DNA of 64,000 nucleotides. Origin: Octopus sinensis (lineage: Eukaryota). A model generated the notes under the pieces. The model saw only the letters and a program-made list of their open reading frames with translations. It was not told where the DNA came from and made no database searches. Shown here piece by piece: positions 38,085 to 50,688 of the stretch. The stretch lies in assembly GCF_006345805.1 (NCBI RefSeq), contig NC_043011.1:5518001-5582000 (forward strand), given 5' to 3'. Each line of letters begins with the position of its first letter. Within the stretch, counting starts at the first letter, position 1. Position numbers and translations under genes: made by a program.

Positions 38085-38212
38085 CTAACTGGAAAGCCCC
38101 CAGACCAGATGGGATGCCACGTGGTGCATGAAAGACTAGCAGCCCAGTTGAATGAGTACTTCCAGAAAGGTACAGTCCCCGCGTGGATGGTGACTGGGAG
38201 GACAACATTAGG
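38085..38212 (+). mobile_element. R4/Dong-like RT N-terminal fragment
   Basis: KVPNWKAPRPDG...HERLAAQLNEY..VPAWMVTGRTTL directly after (TAA)n. Confidence 0.7.
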
Positions 38213-38521
38213 TCTGAAAAGTTGCTGCTATTCAATATATCATAGCAGCGAGTTTTGCCTGGGATGCGGTGACCGGACGCTTGCCACTGACGATTTCCAG
38301 TTGAATGAAATCAGTCGATATGAGAGTTCCAGCGCTCATGAGAGATGATTCTCGTCTGTTACGATTTGAATGTGTGCTGCTTTTATGAGAGGATTTCTCG
38401 AGTTTAATAACGCAACATTCGCTGCTGTGTGACAAGACATCCATGTTATAAATGTCACCTAAGATGGATCAATACTTTCACTTCTATTTCCTGATCCTAA
38501 AACGAAAGATACACCATATAT

Positions 38522-38595
<74 letters not shown>

Positions 38596-38657
38596 TTGGT
38601 GCGTCTTTATATTGACCATTCATTTTTATACTTTTTGAGATCTAGTTATAAGTTATA

Positions 38658-39054
38658 TCTTTATATATAAAAGTCAAGCTGTGTGTCTGTCTCCTACGAT
38701 TTAGATTCCTAACAACTCCCACATTTTGCGGTGCAGTTTAACCAAAACCGGGTATCTTATAGTCGTGATTCATATCGAGCGCTTCTGGGTATTAGCGCGC
38801 GTCTACGATGAGTCTACGATTTTAAAAATAATTTACCATAATTTTTTCCATTTTAATGCATGTTTTCGCTATTATATAAGGGAAGTAACTCTCTAAAAAT
38901 GTCTACGATGAGTCAACGATTTAAAAAAAAATTTACCATCATTTTTTTTCCCATTTTTAGTGCATTTTTTTGCTATTTTTTGGCTAAAACTCTCTAAAAA
39001 TGCTTTATAGTTATTTCCCTTACAAACCCGAGCAACGCCGGGCGATACTGCTAG
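38658..39054 (+). mobile_element. Non-autonomous Helitron, complete
   Basis: A|TCTTTATATATAAAAG ... CCCGAGCAACGCCGGG-CGATACTG-CTAG|T; no TSD. Confidence 0.9.
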
Positions 39055-39159
39055 TGTTTTATAAAATATATATTATTTGTTATTTATGTTTTGGTTTATG
39101 TCTATCACTGTTTGAGTTGCATAATAGCGGTTTTATCTGTAATTTATATTTTATATATT

Positions 39160-39199
<40 letters not shown>

Positions 39200-39201
<2 letters not shown>

Positions 39202-39755
39202 GCCCTGATGCAGTACCAGGCAGTGGCTCTCATGGCTTCTGATCTTAACTGATTGGAAGTGTTATCATGTACATTGTTTTGTCTTGGTATAAAAGATGGG
39301 CTACAGCAAATATTCTGCTCAATACCACAGATTTGCTTGTCAGTTGTTTGACCTTAACCAGTTGAGCATGTCCCTTAGTGGCTGACAATACGTGCATCTC
39401 TGATCACGAGCAGAAGTAGTGGGGGAGCATCATGGCCATGTGTTGAGAGGGATTCTTTGGAGTTTGAATGGTTCACCTCTGGAAACATAGGTGTTTCGTT
39501 CAACATCCTAAAGCAACCCTTATTCAAGGACCTTTTGAGCAGGATGGGCTACTCAACCTGAAGAAAATTCTAACTGGGCCCCACCTGCAAGGTCATGTGC
39601 TGTTTATCTTGATATGAGATCACCATGTCGCGCACATATGGTTGTGATGCATGTGCCTGGTGTACCTTTATCAGACGGGTAGTCATGATGGGTATATTGG
39701 GCTTCGTATATTTTACCCCAGTGTCACTTTGATGGCATGAACTGCTCTCTCACTC
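39200..39755 (+). mobile_element. ~555-bp non-coding element flanked by (TAA)n on both sides
   Basis: atgccctgatgcagtaccagg ... gctctctcactc; same ends in three copies. Confidence 0.8.
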
Positions 39756-39830
<75 letters not shown>

Positions 39831-39964
39831 GTAATAATAATAATAATAGTAATAATAATTCTCTCTACTAGATGTGCATGGTCTGAAAGTTGGGACAGGC
39901 GGGGTAGGGGGAGCGGTGTTAGTCGAAACCTTCTGTTCGATTGTTTGGCTGGTACTTGTTTTGT

Positions 39965-40230
39965 CTTAACTTAGATTGGTTTCGGCCATTATCGGCCCAG
40001 GCCATGACTTTTAGTTAATTATTTCGGGACACCATGGACCACTCGAGCAGAAAGTTGTTGTTGGTTGAGGCGTATCCAGGTGTAGGTGGTTTATCCGGTA
40101 TTTCCTGGAGAAATATTTGTCCAGGTACCGTTTGAAAGTTGTGGGGTCTTTTTCTACAGTAATTTCTTTGGAGGGATAACATTGAAAAGTGCAGGACCCG
40201 CGAAAGGACGATAAGCAAAGTTGGCACCGA
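39965..40230 (-). mobile_element. CR1-group LINE 3' fragment, diverged subfamily
   Basis: FLQEIPDKPPTPGYASTNNNFLLEW parallels FLQRIPDKPPIIGYNSPNKNSLLE of the 59.5-kb copy; similar 3' tail. Confidence 0.75.
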
Positions 40231-40949
40231 TGGATTTCAACAGTAACAATGACGACGTCAATGATGACGACGTTAAATGGAAAATAAATTTCTAGAATAT
40301 GACGTCACTATGACAATAAATAATCGGAAGTGTAACCATAACAAAAAATAAACCCTATTTTCGCTGTGATCTGCATTGATTATAAATCTTAATATAAATT
40401 ATAATAGATCTTATGGCAATTCGGAAGAGCATCAACTTACGAATAGCAATGTCGATCAATAATGCATCAGAGGGGACCATCGGTTAAAAAAAAAAAACCC
40501 AACAAAAACTCAACACTCTAAATCTCTCTTCGCGCCCAAATTTCCACCTTATATTTCTCTCTCTTAATATTTCTTTTTAGTTATATCTTTCCTCTTCTCC
40601 TTCTCTCTTCTTCTTGATCTTCACGCTTTAGAATACAAGTCTTAAATATATTCAGATGTATATTTACATAAGTATATAAATAAATATATATGCATAATCT
40701 ATAGATAGGTATATATACATGCATGAATATGTGACATCTGTGTACATGTATTTTGCGAGGCAATCCTATAATATTCGTTTGCTGTGAAAGATGTCCGGTA
40801 AAAAAAAATTAACAGGTATGTATATCTTAAATAGAAAATCAATATACATACATCCACACGCACGCGCGTAGACGTATTCACGTTCTCACTCACACACACC
40901 CGCATAATCACAAACGTTATCATTATTGTTGTTGCTGTTGCTGTTGTTG

Positions 40950-41025
<76 letters not shown>

Positions 41026-41026
<1 letters not shown>

Positions 41027-41718
41027 GTGTGCTTTCACTTCACTACCGAGTGCATCTCTGTGTGCCTTGGGTATGTGCTGTGATTTGTTGTGATGCTCTG
41101 ATGGTTACTGTATTGAAAGTGTTTTGCGTAGGATGTGTGCAGTACCTAGTAGTGCAATTTTCTGTAAGTTATATGTGTTTGTAAGTCCTGGTGTTTTTGT
41201 TATGTATTTGTCTGAATGTTTTTTTTTATCATTCCTAATGCATCTGCTATGATAGGAATTGTTTCTGTTTTTAGATTCCACATTCGAGTTACCTCTATTT
41301 CCAGGATTTTGTATTTTGAAAGTTTCTCCAATTCTTTTAGAGAAACGTTGTCATCTGCTGGTATTGATACATCAATTAGAAAGTATTTTTTTCTTCATGA
41401 TCTCTGACAACTATATCTGGCCTATATCTATCTGTGTGTATCGGCATATCCCAGAGTATGGTTGCTTTCTCGTTTTCTGTGACCTTTTCTGGTGTGTGCC
41501 TATACGATCTTTTTTCTGTTGTTATTCCATAATGTTGGCATAACTTCCAGTGTATGTAGGTCCCAACTCTGTCGTGTCTGTGAATATATTCCTTCTTAGC
41601 CAGGACTGGGCAGCCAGAGATAATATGATTTATTATTTCTTGTCCATCTCCATATATTCTGCAGTTACTTGTAATATTTCTTTTCATTATGTTTTTGGTA
41701 ATTTCTGGTGGGGAGGCT
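41026..41718 (-). mobile_element. R4/Dong-like 3' fragment (family B)
   Basis: CRIYGDGQEIINHIISGCPVLAKKEYIHRHD...ILWDMPIHTD..RPDIVVRD; long (TTA)n tracts at both ends. Confidence 0.88.
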
Positions 41719-41721
41719 TTA

Positions 41722-41862
<141 letters not shown>

Positions 41863-41873
41863 TATTATTATTA

Positions 41874-41909
<36 letters not shown>

Positions 41910-42193
41910 CATCATCATCATCATCATCATTATTATTATTATTACTGGCGGCGAGCCGGACGGAATACTTAGTAATATTTCGCCCGTCGTTTCATTCTGA
42001 ATTCAAATTCCGCCGAGGTCGACTTTGCCTTTCATCCTTTCGGGGTCGATTAAATAAGTACCAGTTACGCACTGGGGTCAATTTAATCGAATGAATCTCT
42101 GCTCCCAAATTTGAGGCCTTGCATTTCCAGTAGAAAGAATTATTATAATTCCTTTCCCGCCAAATTCTAGACCCTCTGCTTCCAGTAGAAAGG

Positions 42194-42233
<40 letters not shown>

Positions 42234-42647
42234 TATTATTATTATTATTATTATTAATTTTATTATAAGGTACCAGTGTGATATTTCGGTCAAGAAAATC
42301 GTCTACGCCCTCTCTCCACAAAAATTGCTGGCTTTGCTCCAAAATTAAAAGCATCGCCATTTCGCTCGACAAGATGTTCAGAGGCATTTCTCACTTTTTA
42401 CGTTTTAAGTTTAAACGTGGCCGAGGTCAACTTTGTCCTTCATTTCTCCGGTGGTCAATAAAATAAAGTAGCAGTCAAATACCAGAGTCGACAGGATGAC
42501 TAACCCTCTTCCACAACATTTCAGCCTTTGTGTCTGAATAAGAGGCAATTCTTCACTTTCAACTTTAGTCTTTCTCAGCCACGACGAAGCTTTTCCTTCT
42601 GTCCTCACCTGTTCACAATACCACTGCCAGGTGGATATTATAGGATA

Positions 42648-43060
42648 CTAGCAGCTAAGCCCGGTTTCACCCGGTCTGTTTGGCTGATGTGGCTGTGGTT
42701 GTTTTCGGTTAGGCATAATCTATAACAGCGTTTGTCAACCTTATCATTTCGGGTCCCCTGTTTCAATTGGAGCCTCTAGCTATATGAAAATTTCTTGACC
42801 CCCACCCCGTCAGAAAACAGCTTCTAAGCAACTGGTTGTTTCAATGGCAGAAGAAAAGGGAAAATTCTATTTGAAAAAGTTTTAATCGATTTTCTCGGTA
42901 AGTATGGGGTTTATGAAAAAAATACAAACTGCATTCCAATCTATTCACCTGTCTCTACCTGTGTGCCATTTTTTTTATGCAAATCCACCCGGCCGTTTGG
43001 CTGTGAACCTCAAGACAAGAAAGAATACAACGATCAGCCATGTCCAATTTATATTATAGA
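42648..43060 (-). mobile_element. Non-autonomous Helitron, second family
   Basis: Minus strand A|TCTATAATATAAA ... CCGGGTGAAACCGGG hairpin ... CTAG|T. Confidence 0.75.
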
Positions 43061-43120
43061 TTATAGAACCATTTACAAACCCACGACATACTAATTCGAA
43101 AGGATTGTCATGCATTACAC

Positions 43121-43371
43121 AAGTGGCTCTCAACCATTTTTTACCTATGGGCTCTTTTGATTCTTATTTCATTTAAATGGATCCTCAGAGCCATTTCGAG
43201 GGTTTTTTTAACAAAAGCTATTATTGTTTTCTAATTAAGTATTATCAGGAATTATGTAAAAAAAACTGTTGAAATATTTTGTGTCTTGTAGAAGAATAAC
43301 CAATTTAATATCCATAAATCTTAACAAGAAAATCTTATATGGGCCAAATGGACCACGGTTGAGAACCACTG
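43121..43371. mobile_element. hAT-type MITE
   Basis: TIRs AAGTGGCTCTCAACC / GGTTGAGAACCACTG; 8-bp TSD CATTACAC / CCTTACAC. Confidence 0.85.
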
Positions 43372-43585
43372 CCTTACACGATACTGTAAGTCCTAAATTA
43401 AAACTAGGGGTCGAACGTTGTGCTAGCATATATTTTCGGATATATTAATTTGACTGATATAGGGAACCATTTTTTTGTCTAAATATTCTGGCACAGTACA
43501 AACGATCGTCGGTTATATATTGTGTAATGATCAGTTAAAAGATGTGATTCTCCCCGTTGTTGTTCTTGTCGTTAAATGAAGAGAC

Positions 43586-44000
43586 TATAGGCGTAGGAGT
43601 GGCTGCGTGGTAAGTAGCTTGCTAACCAACCACATGGTCCCGGGTTCAGTCCCACTGCGTGGCATCTTGGGCAAGTGTCTTCTGCTATAGCCCCGGGCCG
43701 ACCAATGCCTTGTGAGTGGATTTGGTAGACGGAAACTGAAAGAAGCCTGTCGTATATATGTATATATATATGTATGTGTGTGTTTGTGTGTCTGTGTTTG
43801 TCCCCCTAGCATTGCTTGACAACCGATGCTGGTGTGTTTATGTCCCCGTCACTTAGCGGTTCGGCAAAAGAGACCGATAGAATAAGTACTGGGCTTACAA
43901 AGAATAAGTCCCGGGGTCGATTTGCTCGACTAAAGGCGGTGCTCCAGCATGGCCGCAGTCAAAATGACTGAAACAAGTAAAAGAGTAAAAGAGTAAAGAG
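43586..44000 (+). mobile_element. SINE family A, complete reference copy
   Basis: Head with A-box-like TGGCTGCGTGG and B-box-like GGTTCAGTCCC, internal (TA)/(TG) tract, AAGTAAAAGAG tail repeats. Confidence 0.9.
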
Positions 44001-44049
44001 ACTGATGGTTAGAGACACACACACACACACACAAATGTATATATATGTA

Positions 44050-44410
44050 TATATAATTAGAAAAAAAACACCTTTTATCAATTCAAAATGAACAATTAAA
44101 TTACAGCATCTAGAACATTACATATAATAGAAATATTAACATTAAAATAATAAAATGTTAAAGATTAAGTAAATTGCAATAATAATAATAATAATAATAA
44201 TAACTTATATAAATTATATATAAATTTATACAAGTTATATATATAATTTATATAAGTTATTATTTTTTTTTTCAATTTACATAATCTTTGACATTTTATT
44301 GTTATTTTAATGATAATATTTCTATTATATGTAATTTTCTGGATGGTGTAATTTAATTGTTCATTTTGAATTGATAAAAGGTGGTTTTATTTCTAATTTT
44401 TTATATATAT
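44050..44410. repeat. AT-rich foldback with ~170-bp inverted arms
   Basis: aattagaaa..caccttttatcaattcaaaatgaacaattaaattaca.. mirrors ..tgtaatttaattgttcattttgaattgataaaaggtgg..ttctaatt. Confidence 0.8.
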
Positions 44411-44929
44411 ATTATATTGTGTGAAATTTGATTTAGTATTTCTAAATTGAATTTTTTTTTCCTTAAAAATTAATAATTATATATATATATATATGTAAGT
44501 AAACATTTTTCTAAATCTTTTCTCACATTTCTTTGCCTTCTCTTCTTACTCACTTTCCCTCCACTTTTCACTTCACTGTGTCCCTGTCCTTTTTTCTCGC
44601 CCCCTCCTTAATTCTTCTGTCCCTCTGCTTCTACTCTCTCTTCTCTTCCCACGTGACCACCGGTCAGCCTAGCCTGCTCTTTCTTTCTTGGTCTGACCGC
44701 CGTCCGTGCAACATCGATATTCTTCCCTGTGTTTGTGAAATTATTGTATCTCTGCCGTAAGGCTTCATTTCCACACGCGCCAGCTTAATTCAATTTATCC
44801 TTAGTCGAAAGACACATGTTGTTATGTCCTGTTATTATCTTTTATTGTATTTATTATTGTATTTATATTTGTGTAACTTTGTCCGTTTTTTCTATTCTTG
44901 TTTTTGCATACATTCGCTGCTTTCTTCCA

Positions 44930-45148
44930 AGGAATCTAATGCTCTTAGCTTAGTTTTTCTTTGGGGCTGGTCAGATTGGAGCAATCTCAAGAACAATCAG
45001 CCGAAATTGCGAGGATAATCTGGTGCTTGACTGGGGATATAGAGCTTCGAATGATCCGTCCTGGTTTTCTTTGTATCGTCTATCTGGATGTTTTGTTCTC
45101 CTCTTTTGTATCACCTAGCTATCCGGATGTTTTGCGTTCTTGTCCCAT
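44930..45148. repeat. Unclassified interspersed repeat, second copy at ~50790-50978
   Basis: Shared ccaaggaatcta..cttagcttagttttt..ttggggctgg..tggatgttttgcgttcttgtcccatttt, both ending in (TA)n. Confidence 0.6.
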
Positions 45149-45152
45149 TTTG

Positions 45153-45225
<73 letters not shown>

Positions 45226-45232
<7 letters not shown>

Positions 45233-45797
45233 GCAGGAAGTAAATAGACACCTTTAATTTTCAAAATCTTTTATTTGATAATAATTGGTTGAAGGAGAGG
45301 TTTTCTTCTAGCTGCTCGTCCATAATACCTAAGCTTATGCAGATATGTAACACGTTCTTGGACTAACTTCTAGCTGTTTTGCAATGTCAGAAGCCTTCGA
45401 ACGGGGTTCGTTTTCCACAATTCTCTTCAAACAGCGAAACTTCTTTTCCGAGGGCCCAGGTCAGCCAGGACGAGAATCTGTTGATTCTCCTTTTTGGCTT
45501 TTGAATTGCACTATAATTCTATTAACAGTAGCAAGAGGAATTTGAAGATTTTCGACAATTTTTCGCTGGCTAAGACCAGCCTCAGATTGCCCAACAATAC
45601 GGCCTCTTTGAAAATCTGACAGTTCTGCTGAATTTTTTGTGTGTGACATGGTTACTCTTCGGAAATGTTTAATATAATGGCACCTGGAATGAAAAAGAAT
45701 AATTACGTTGCAAATTCTACACCGCTGAAAACATATTAGGACGCTTAGATCAAAAATTTTGAAAATTAAAGGGGTCTATTTACTTCCTGCATGTGTG
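45226..45797 (-). mobile_element. Tc1-like transposon, internally deleted
   Basis: ~40-bp TIRs CACACATGCAGGAAGTAAATAGAC(A/C)CCTTTAATTTTCAAAA; HTH start MSHTKNSAELSDFQRGRIVGQSEAGLSQRKI. Confidence 0.88.
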
Positions 45798-45856
45798 TGT
45801 GTGTGGGGGGGGGGGTGTTTCATTACGGGGTGGAGTAGATAAGATCCGGGTTGCAT

Positions 45857-45899
45857 ATGTTTTATAGCGAGCGGAACCTCAGAAGTGGTAAATATCCTG
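45857..45899 (+). CDS. Putative first coding exon of an unidentified two-exon gene
   Basis: ATG with an in-frame TAG 21 nt upstream; MFYSERNLRSGKYP then G|gtaagt; phase 1 matches the acceptor at 48013. Confidence 0.3.
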
Positions 45900-46021
45900 G
45901 TAAGTAGTATACCGCAGGCTATTCGTTAGGCCAAGGACGTCGGGCTTAAATGAACGTTTACATTGTCGCAAGGAGGTACATGTTAACACAAGGAAGATTC
46001 AATCAGAATATATATACATAT

Positions 46022-46092
<71 letters not shown>

Positions 46093-46099
46093 TATACAT

Positions 46100-46191
<92 letters not shown>

Positions 46192-46754
46192 ATATACACA
46201 CACACATATATGCATATATGTATAAAACGATACATTCCTGTATTAGCAACAAAAGAAAAACACACGTTCTTTTTTTTATATATTTTTTTATACATTTACC
46301 TGCAACTCTTAATCATCAACATCGTGTGAAAGTCAGTGTGTATATATTAGTTTTCCTTTGTTTACACTCCCGGATTGTCTCTTCTTCCTTTCCCTCCTTA
46401 CGGAATATAAATATCAGGATATTCCTTCATATTGATTCCCATTGCATTGAAGGTGTTATTACGCCAGAGAAGCGATCGTCAGGTGGTAAATTAACGAAGG
46501 CATTCTTTAAATCATCCGCCTCTTCTCTTATTATATCCTATTCCTCTAAAGTAAACACACACAATCAAACACGAGCGCGCGCACTTACATACACACACGC
46601 GATATATGCGTATAGATATGTACATACGTAAACAGACTACACCAATCATTCTGTCGTTGATTCCATTAAACCTGAAACCCCACCACCACCACCATCATCA
46701 CCACCATCATCACCACCATCACTACTCCTATTTTCTCTCCTAACTTTTGGTGTA

Positions 46755-47082
46755 CAGACCAATTCCGGGCCATGGATTATTTGGTTCCGGGCGGGCCCGA
46801 ACCACCGTGCCGCAGACCAATTCCGGGCCATGGATTATTTGGTTCCGGGCGGGCTCGAACCACCGTACCGCAAACCAATTCCGGGCCATGGATTATTTGG
46901 TTCCAGGCGGGCTCGAACCACCGTACCGCAAACCAATTCCGGGCCATGGATTATTTGGTTCCGGGCGGGCTCGAACCACCGTACTGCAGACTAATTCCGG
47001 GCCATGGATTATTTGGTTCCGGGCGGGCTCGAACCACCGTGCTGCAGACCAATTCCGGGCCATGGATTATTTGGTTCCGGGC
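46755..47082. repeat. GC-rich tandem repeat, 58-bp unit, about 5.6 copies
   Basis: Units start at 46755, 46813, 46871, 46929, 46987, 47045. Confidence 0.95.
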
Positions 47083-47162
47083 CGTACAGAAAGAACAAGT
47101 TTTTTAAAAATGCTTCCATTTTATTGACAGTTGTGGTCTGCTGGGTGTTTCTGCTTTATATA

Positions 47163-47380
47163 CGAGGGTGTCTTGAAAAGTTCCTGGCTTTGGGTTAAAA
47201 AAAAATTGAAGAGGATCAGTTATTTATGCTTTTATTCAACACATTCCTCTCTCAGATTCACACACTTATTGCAGTGGTCCTTCAGTTTTTCTAAACCCTG
47301 TGAAAGAACTCGGAAGGTTGGGCCGCCAAGAAGGCCTTTCGCGATACCCTTAAAGCCAGGAACTTTTCAGCACCCCCTTG
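47163..47380. mobile_element. mariner-type MITE
   Basis: TA|CGAGGGTGTCTTGAAAAGTTCCTGGCTTT ... AAAGCCAGGAACTTTTCAGCACCCCCTTG|TA. Confidence 0.85.
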
Positions 47381-48012
47381 TATATATTATAGATGTAATA
47401 CATAACAGTGTCATAGTATCGACCAGACCATCAGATCCTGTTACACCGCTGATCACAATGCGCTTCCAGTTCTGTCTTGATTGCATCATTCTTTCCCATC
47501 ATTCTTTCCAAATCACTTTATTAAATCGTCTTCCCATCACCTTGGACGCCTTCCAAGTGGCCTTTTCCAATCTCTTGAATACCATTCGGCAACTGCACAA
47601 GGTCCACCCGTTGTCTGTGAACCTAGCAACATGTAATGCACATGTATTATATTTGTAACAATTAAATAATTAAATTACATATTATGCACTTTATTGCGTT
47701 TTGTTACGCGCGAGATCCCCAAGTCCTAGAAAAGATCGTCTGGCATGAAACTGGTTGCGCTTTCCAAGCCTATCACCGTTTTTTCCTAGGTCTTGTCGTA
47801 CGATGTAGAATGCGAGCCAAAGCGGATGCCGCAAGATATCTCGTCCGTCAAGTTAATATTTTTCTACCTACATTCCCCGCCCTCACCATTGTTGCTGCCG
47901 CCGCCGTCACCTCCTCCTCCTCCTCCTCCCCACCATCGCCACCACCACACAAGACATTAACTTGTTTTATCAGATTTATTAATGCCTGTTTATTTTTTTC
48001 GTTTGTTTTTAG

Positions 48013-48464
48013 ATGGTAGAATCAGACTTGACCACCGGATCAAAGATAATCATCCAGGATTAACTATCCGAAGCAATGAGGTGAATCTAGCCTACCATCC
48101 TAAGAGACACAACTACTCGGATTTCAGAAGACGCGAAAAAGAGAGAAGAAAAAGATACGAAACGAAGAAATCGTTGGAGATCGATAGACTAAAGACTGAA
48201 AAACTGCAAATGAAGATGATGGAAGCAGCAATAGCGACAGAGAACACAGGACAATCCATAGCTGGAGGTTTTGAGAATATTTCGGAGACATCACTTTGCA
48301 TTGGTACTTCGGATAACACAACAAACAATGGAGTGTCATCTTTAAATCGATGTCGGAAAAGGAAAGAGAAGATGAGGACGGAACGGAAGAGATTCGAACA
48401 GTTGAAGTCCTTCAAATCGTTCTACTGTGGAACCGGTGAAACATCTTCCGATTCGGAATGCTAA
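48013..48464 (+). CDS. Putative terminal coding exon, charged/coiled-coil-like hypothetical protein
   Basis: Strong acceptor tttttttttcgtttgtttttag|; 150 open codons of non-repetitive sequence ending SSDSEC*; AATAAA at 48517-48522; no family recognised. Confidence 0.45.
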
Positions 48465-48951
48465 GGATATTATAATTTTTGATAATTCATTCTTAAACAA
48501 AAAATAGTAAAACTTAAATAAACATAAACAACAACAATAACAATATCAAAAACAAACGATAAGTTATTGGATTTTCGGACAATTTCATCCATCGTTCTTT
48601 CGGGGCTCAATAATAAAAAAAAGGGCTACAAATCGAGGTTGGCAGATTGGGTGGAGGGGACTGTAACAAACGTCAAACCGGAAGTCTTCCGTTTTTGCTA
48701 TGATTCTTTCCGTTCTGTGTTCAAATTCCGTTACGTCCTTCGTGGAGGGTTGACTTAATAATAACATCATTCAGTTTAACACCATTTCATGGCACCTTTA
48801 GCGGAGTCCATTTAGTTTGAAGCAGTCATGTCAGGTCTACAGTTCTTGGACATCTTCTTCCCACCTTCCCATCAACATCTGAGAATCTGTAAAGTGTCAT
48901 TGAGCAGTGCCTTTTGCTTCCTGATTGAGAGAGAGAGAGAGAGAAAGAGAA

Positions 48952-49002
<51 letters not shown>

Positions 49003-49153
49003 AGAGAGAGGGGAGAGACGGGACTATGACAAACATATTTGCATGCATGTTTAGATGCCTATAGAAGACCGCTACTGATGCTAAATTGCGAATTGTAGAG
49101 GAGTCTGGAGGTGTGAGGGAAGCGTAGATTTACAGGAATGAGAAGAAGAAGAA

Positions 49154-49185
<32 letters not shown>

Positions 49186-49217
49186 AGAAGAGGAAGAAGA
49201 AGAGGAAGAAGAAGAAA

Positions 49218-49248
<31 letters not shown>

Positions 49249-49843
49249 AAAAGAAGAAGAAGGACGACTAGGAAGAGGAGGTGATGAATAAGAGCAAGAA
49301 AAATCAATATGTTTTTATATTTATCATTATCATCTTTCTCACAACCACCATCATCATCATCATCAACCTCATCCATCACCATCACCACCATCACCACCAT
49401 CACCATTTCCACCTCTTTCATCATTATCATCATCATTATCATCATCATCATCATCATCACCATTATCATCATCATCATCTCCAATTATCATTATCACTAT
49501 CAGCAGCATCATCATCACCACCGTCATCATCATCACCGCCGTCATCATCATCATCATCATCACCACCACCATCACTACCATCATTATTATCATCATCATC
49601 ATCATGTATATTTAGCCATTCGTTATTCTCAGCTAAGCTAAAAAGCTGTGTTCTTCAGTCTCTAGCGACACCAGTTCCACAACGGAATGCGAGCACATGC
49701 GCGTTGGGTAATTAGACAAGAGAGAGAGAGAGAGAAAGAGAGAGAAGCAGGTAGAGAGAAAGAGGGAGAGAGAGAGAGAGAGAGAAGCAGGTAGAGAGAA
49801 AGAGGAAGAGAGAGAGATAAAGTGAGAAGCAGGAAGAGAAGAA

Positions 49844-49886
<43 letters not shown>

Positions 49887-50550
49887 AGCAGCAACCCCAC
49901 CAACAAATTTACCTCATTATCCCACCGAGGTTGAATTAGCTTTTTGTCTAAATCCGACGTAATTAAAATATTTCCTCTTTAGCTCCTAAGACTTCGTTTT
50001 CCGCCGCCATAAACTACGTAACCATCACTATCTCTCTTCCATTACTTGCTCCTCTCTTCCCCTTAGTTTATGCTCTAATCCACTACACCCCTCTTTGGAC
50101 AAAACGCTTAGCGGCTTTTTAAAGACTTCTCGTATGTTCTGGGTTCAAATTCCGCGTAGTTCGACTTACGGGGTCGACGAAATAAATACCAGCTGAGCAC
50201 TTGGGGCGATGCTATAGACAAGCCCCCTCCCCTCAAATTTACTGGTCTTATGCTAAAATATTATGATTATTGTCGTTGCTGTTGTTGTTGTTGTCGTCGT
50301 TGTTGTTGTCTGAGGTGTCATTGCTGCTGTTGTTGTTGTTGTTAGAGAGCGGACGACGGCAAAACCTTACTGCACATAATTCCGGTCTAACCTTGATGCT
50401 TCACACCCAACCAACCAACCCTGGCGACACCAGCACAGGCTTCGAAAATACCACTCTCCCCACCCTCACCTCAAGGAAGTCAAGGCAGTCTTGTTTCTTC
50501 CAACAGCTCAAAGACACGAGCATTTACAGCATTTGAAACATACACACGCA

Positions 50551-50585
<35 letters not shown>

Positions 50586-50654
50586 TTACATATTTACAAA
50601 CACAGATATGTGCATGCATACATACATACATACATACACACATACATACATACG

Positions 50655-50688
<34 letters not shown>

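Noticed and set aside
44958-44975. TTGGGGCTGGTCAG as a tRNA-Pro primer-binding site of an LTR element
   Set aside because: Only a partial match, no TG..CA LTR boundary and no gag/pol sequence
46755-47082. CRISPR-like periodicity
   Set aside because: Units are contiguous near-identical repeats with no unique spacers, there are no cas genes, and the context is eukaryotic
48840-48920. In-frame UGA read as selenocysteine (EAKGTAQ-U-HFTDSQ..) on the minus strand
   Set aside because: No selenoprotein resemblance or SECIS seen, and another frame splices cleanly without readthrough
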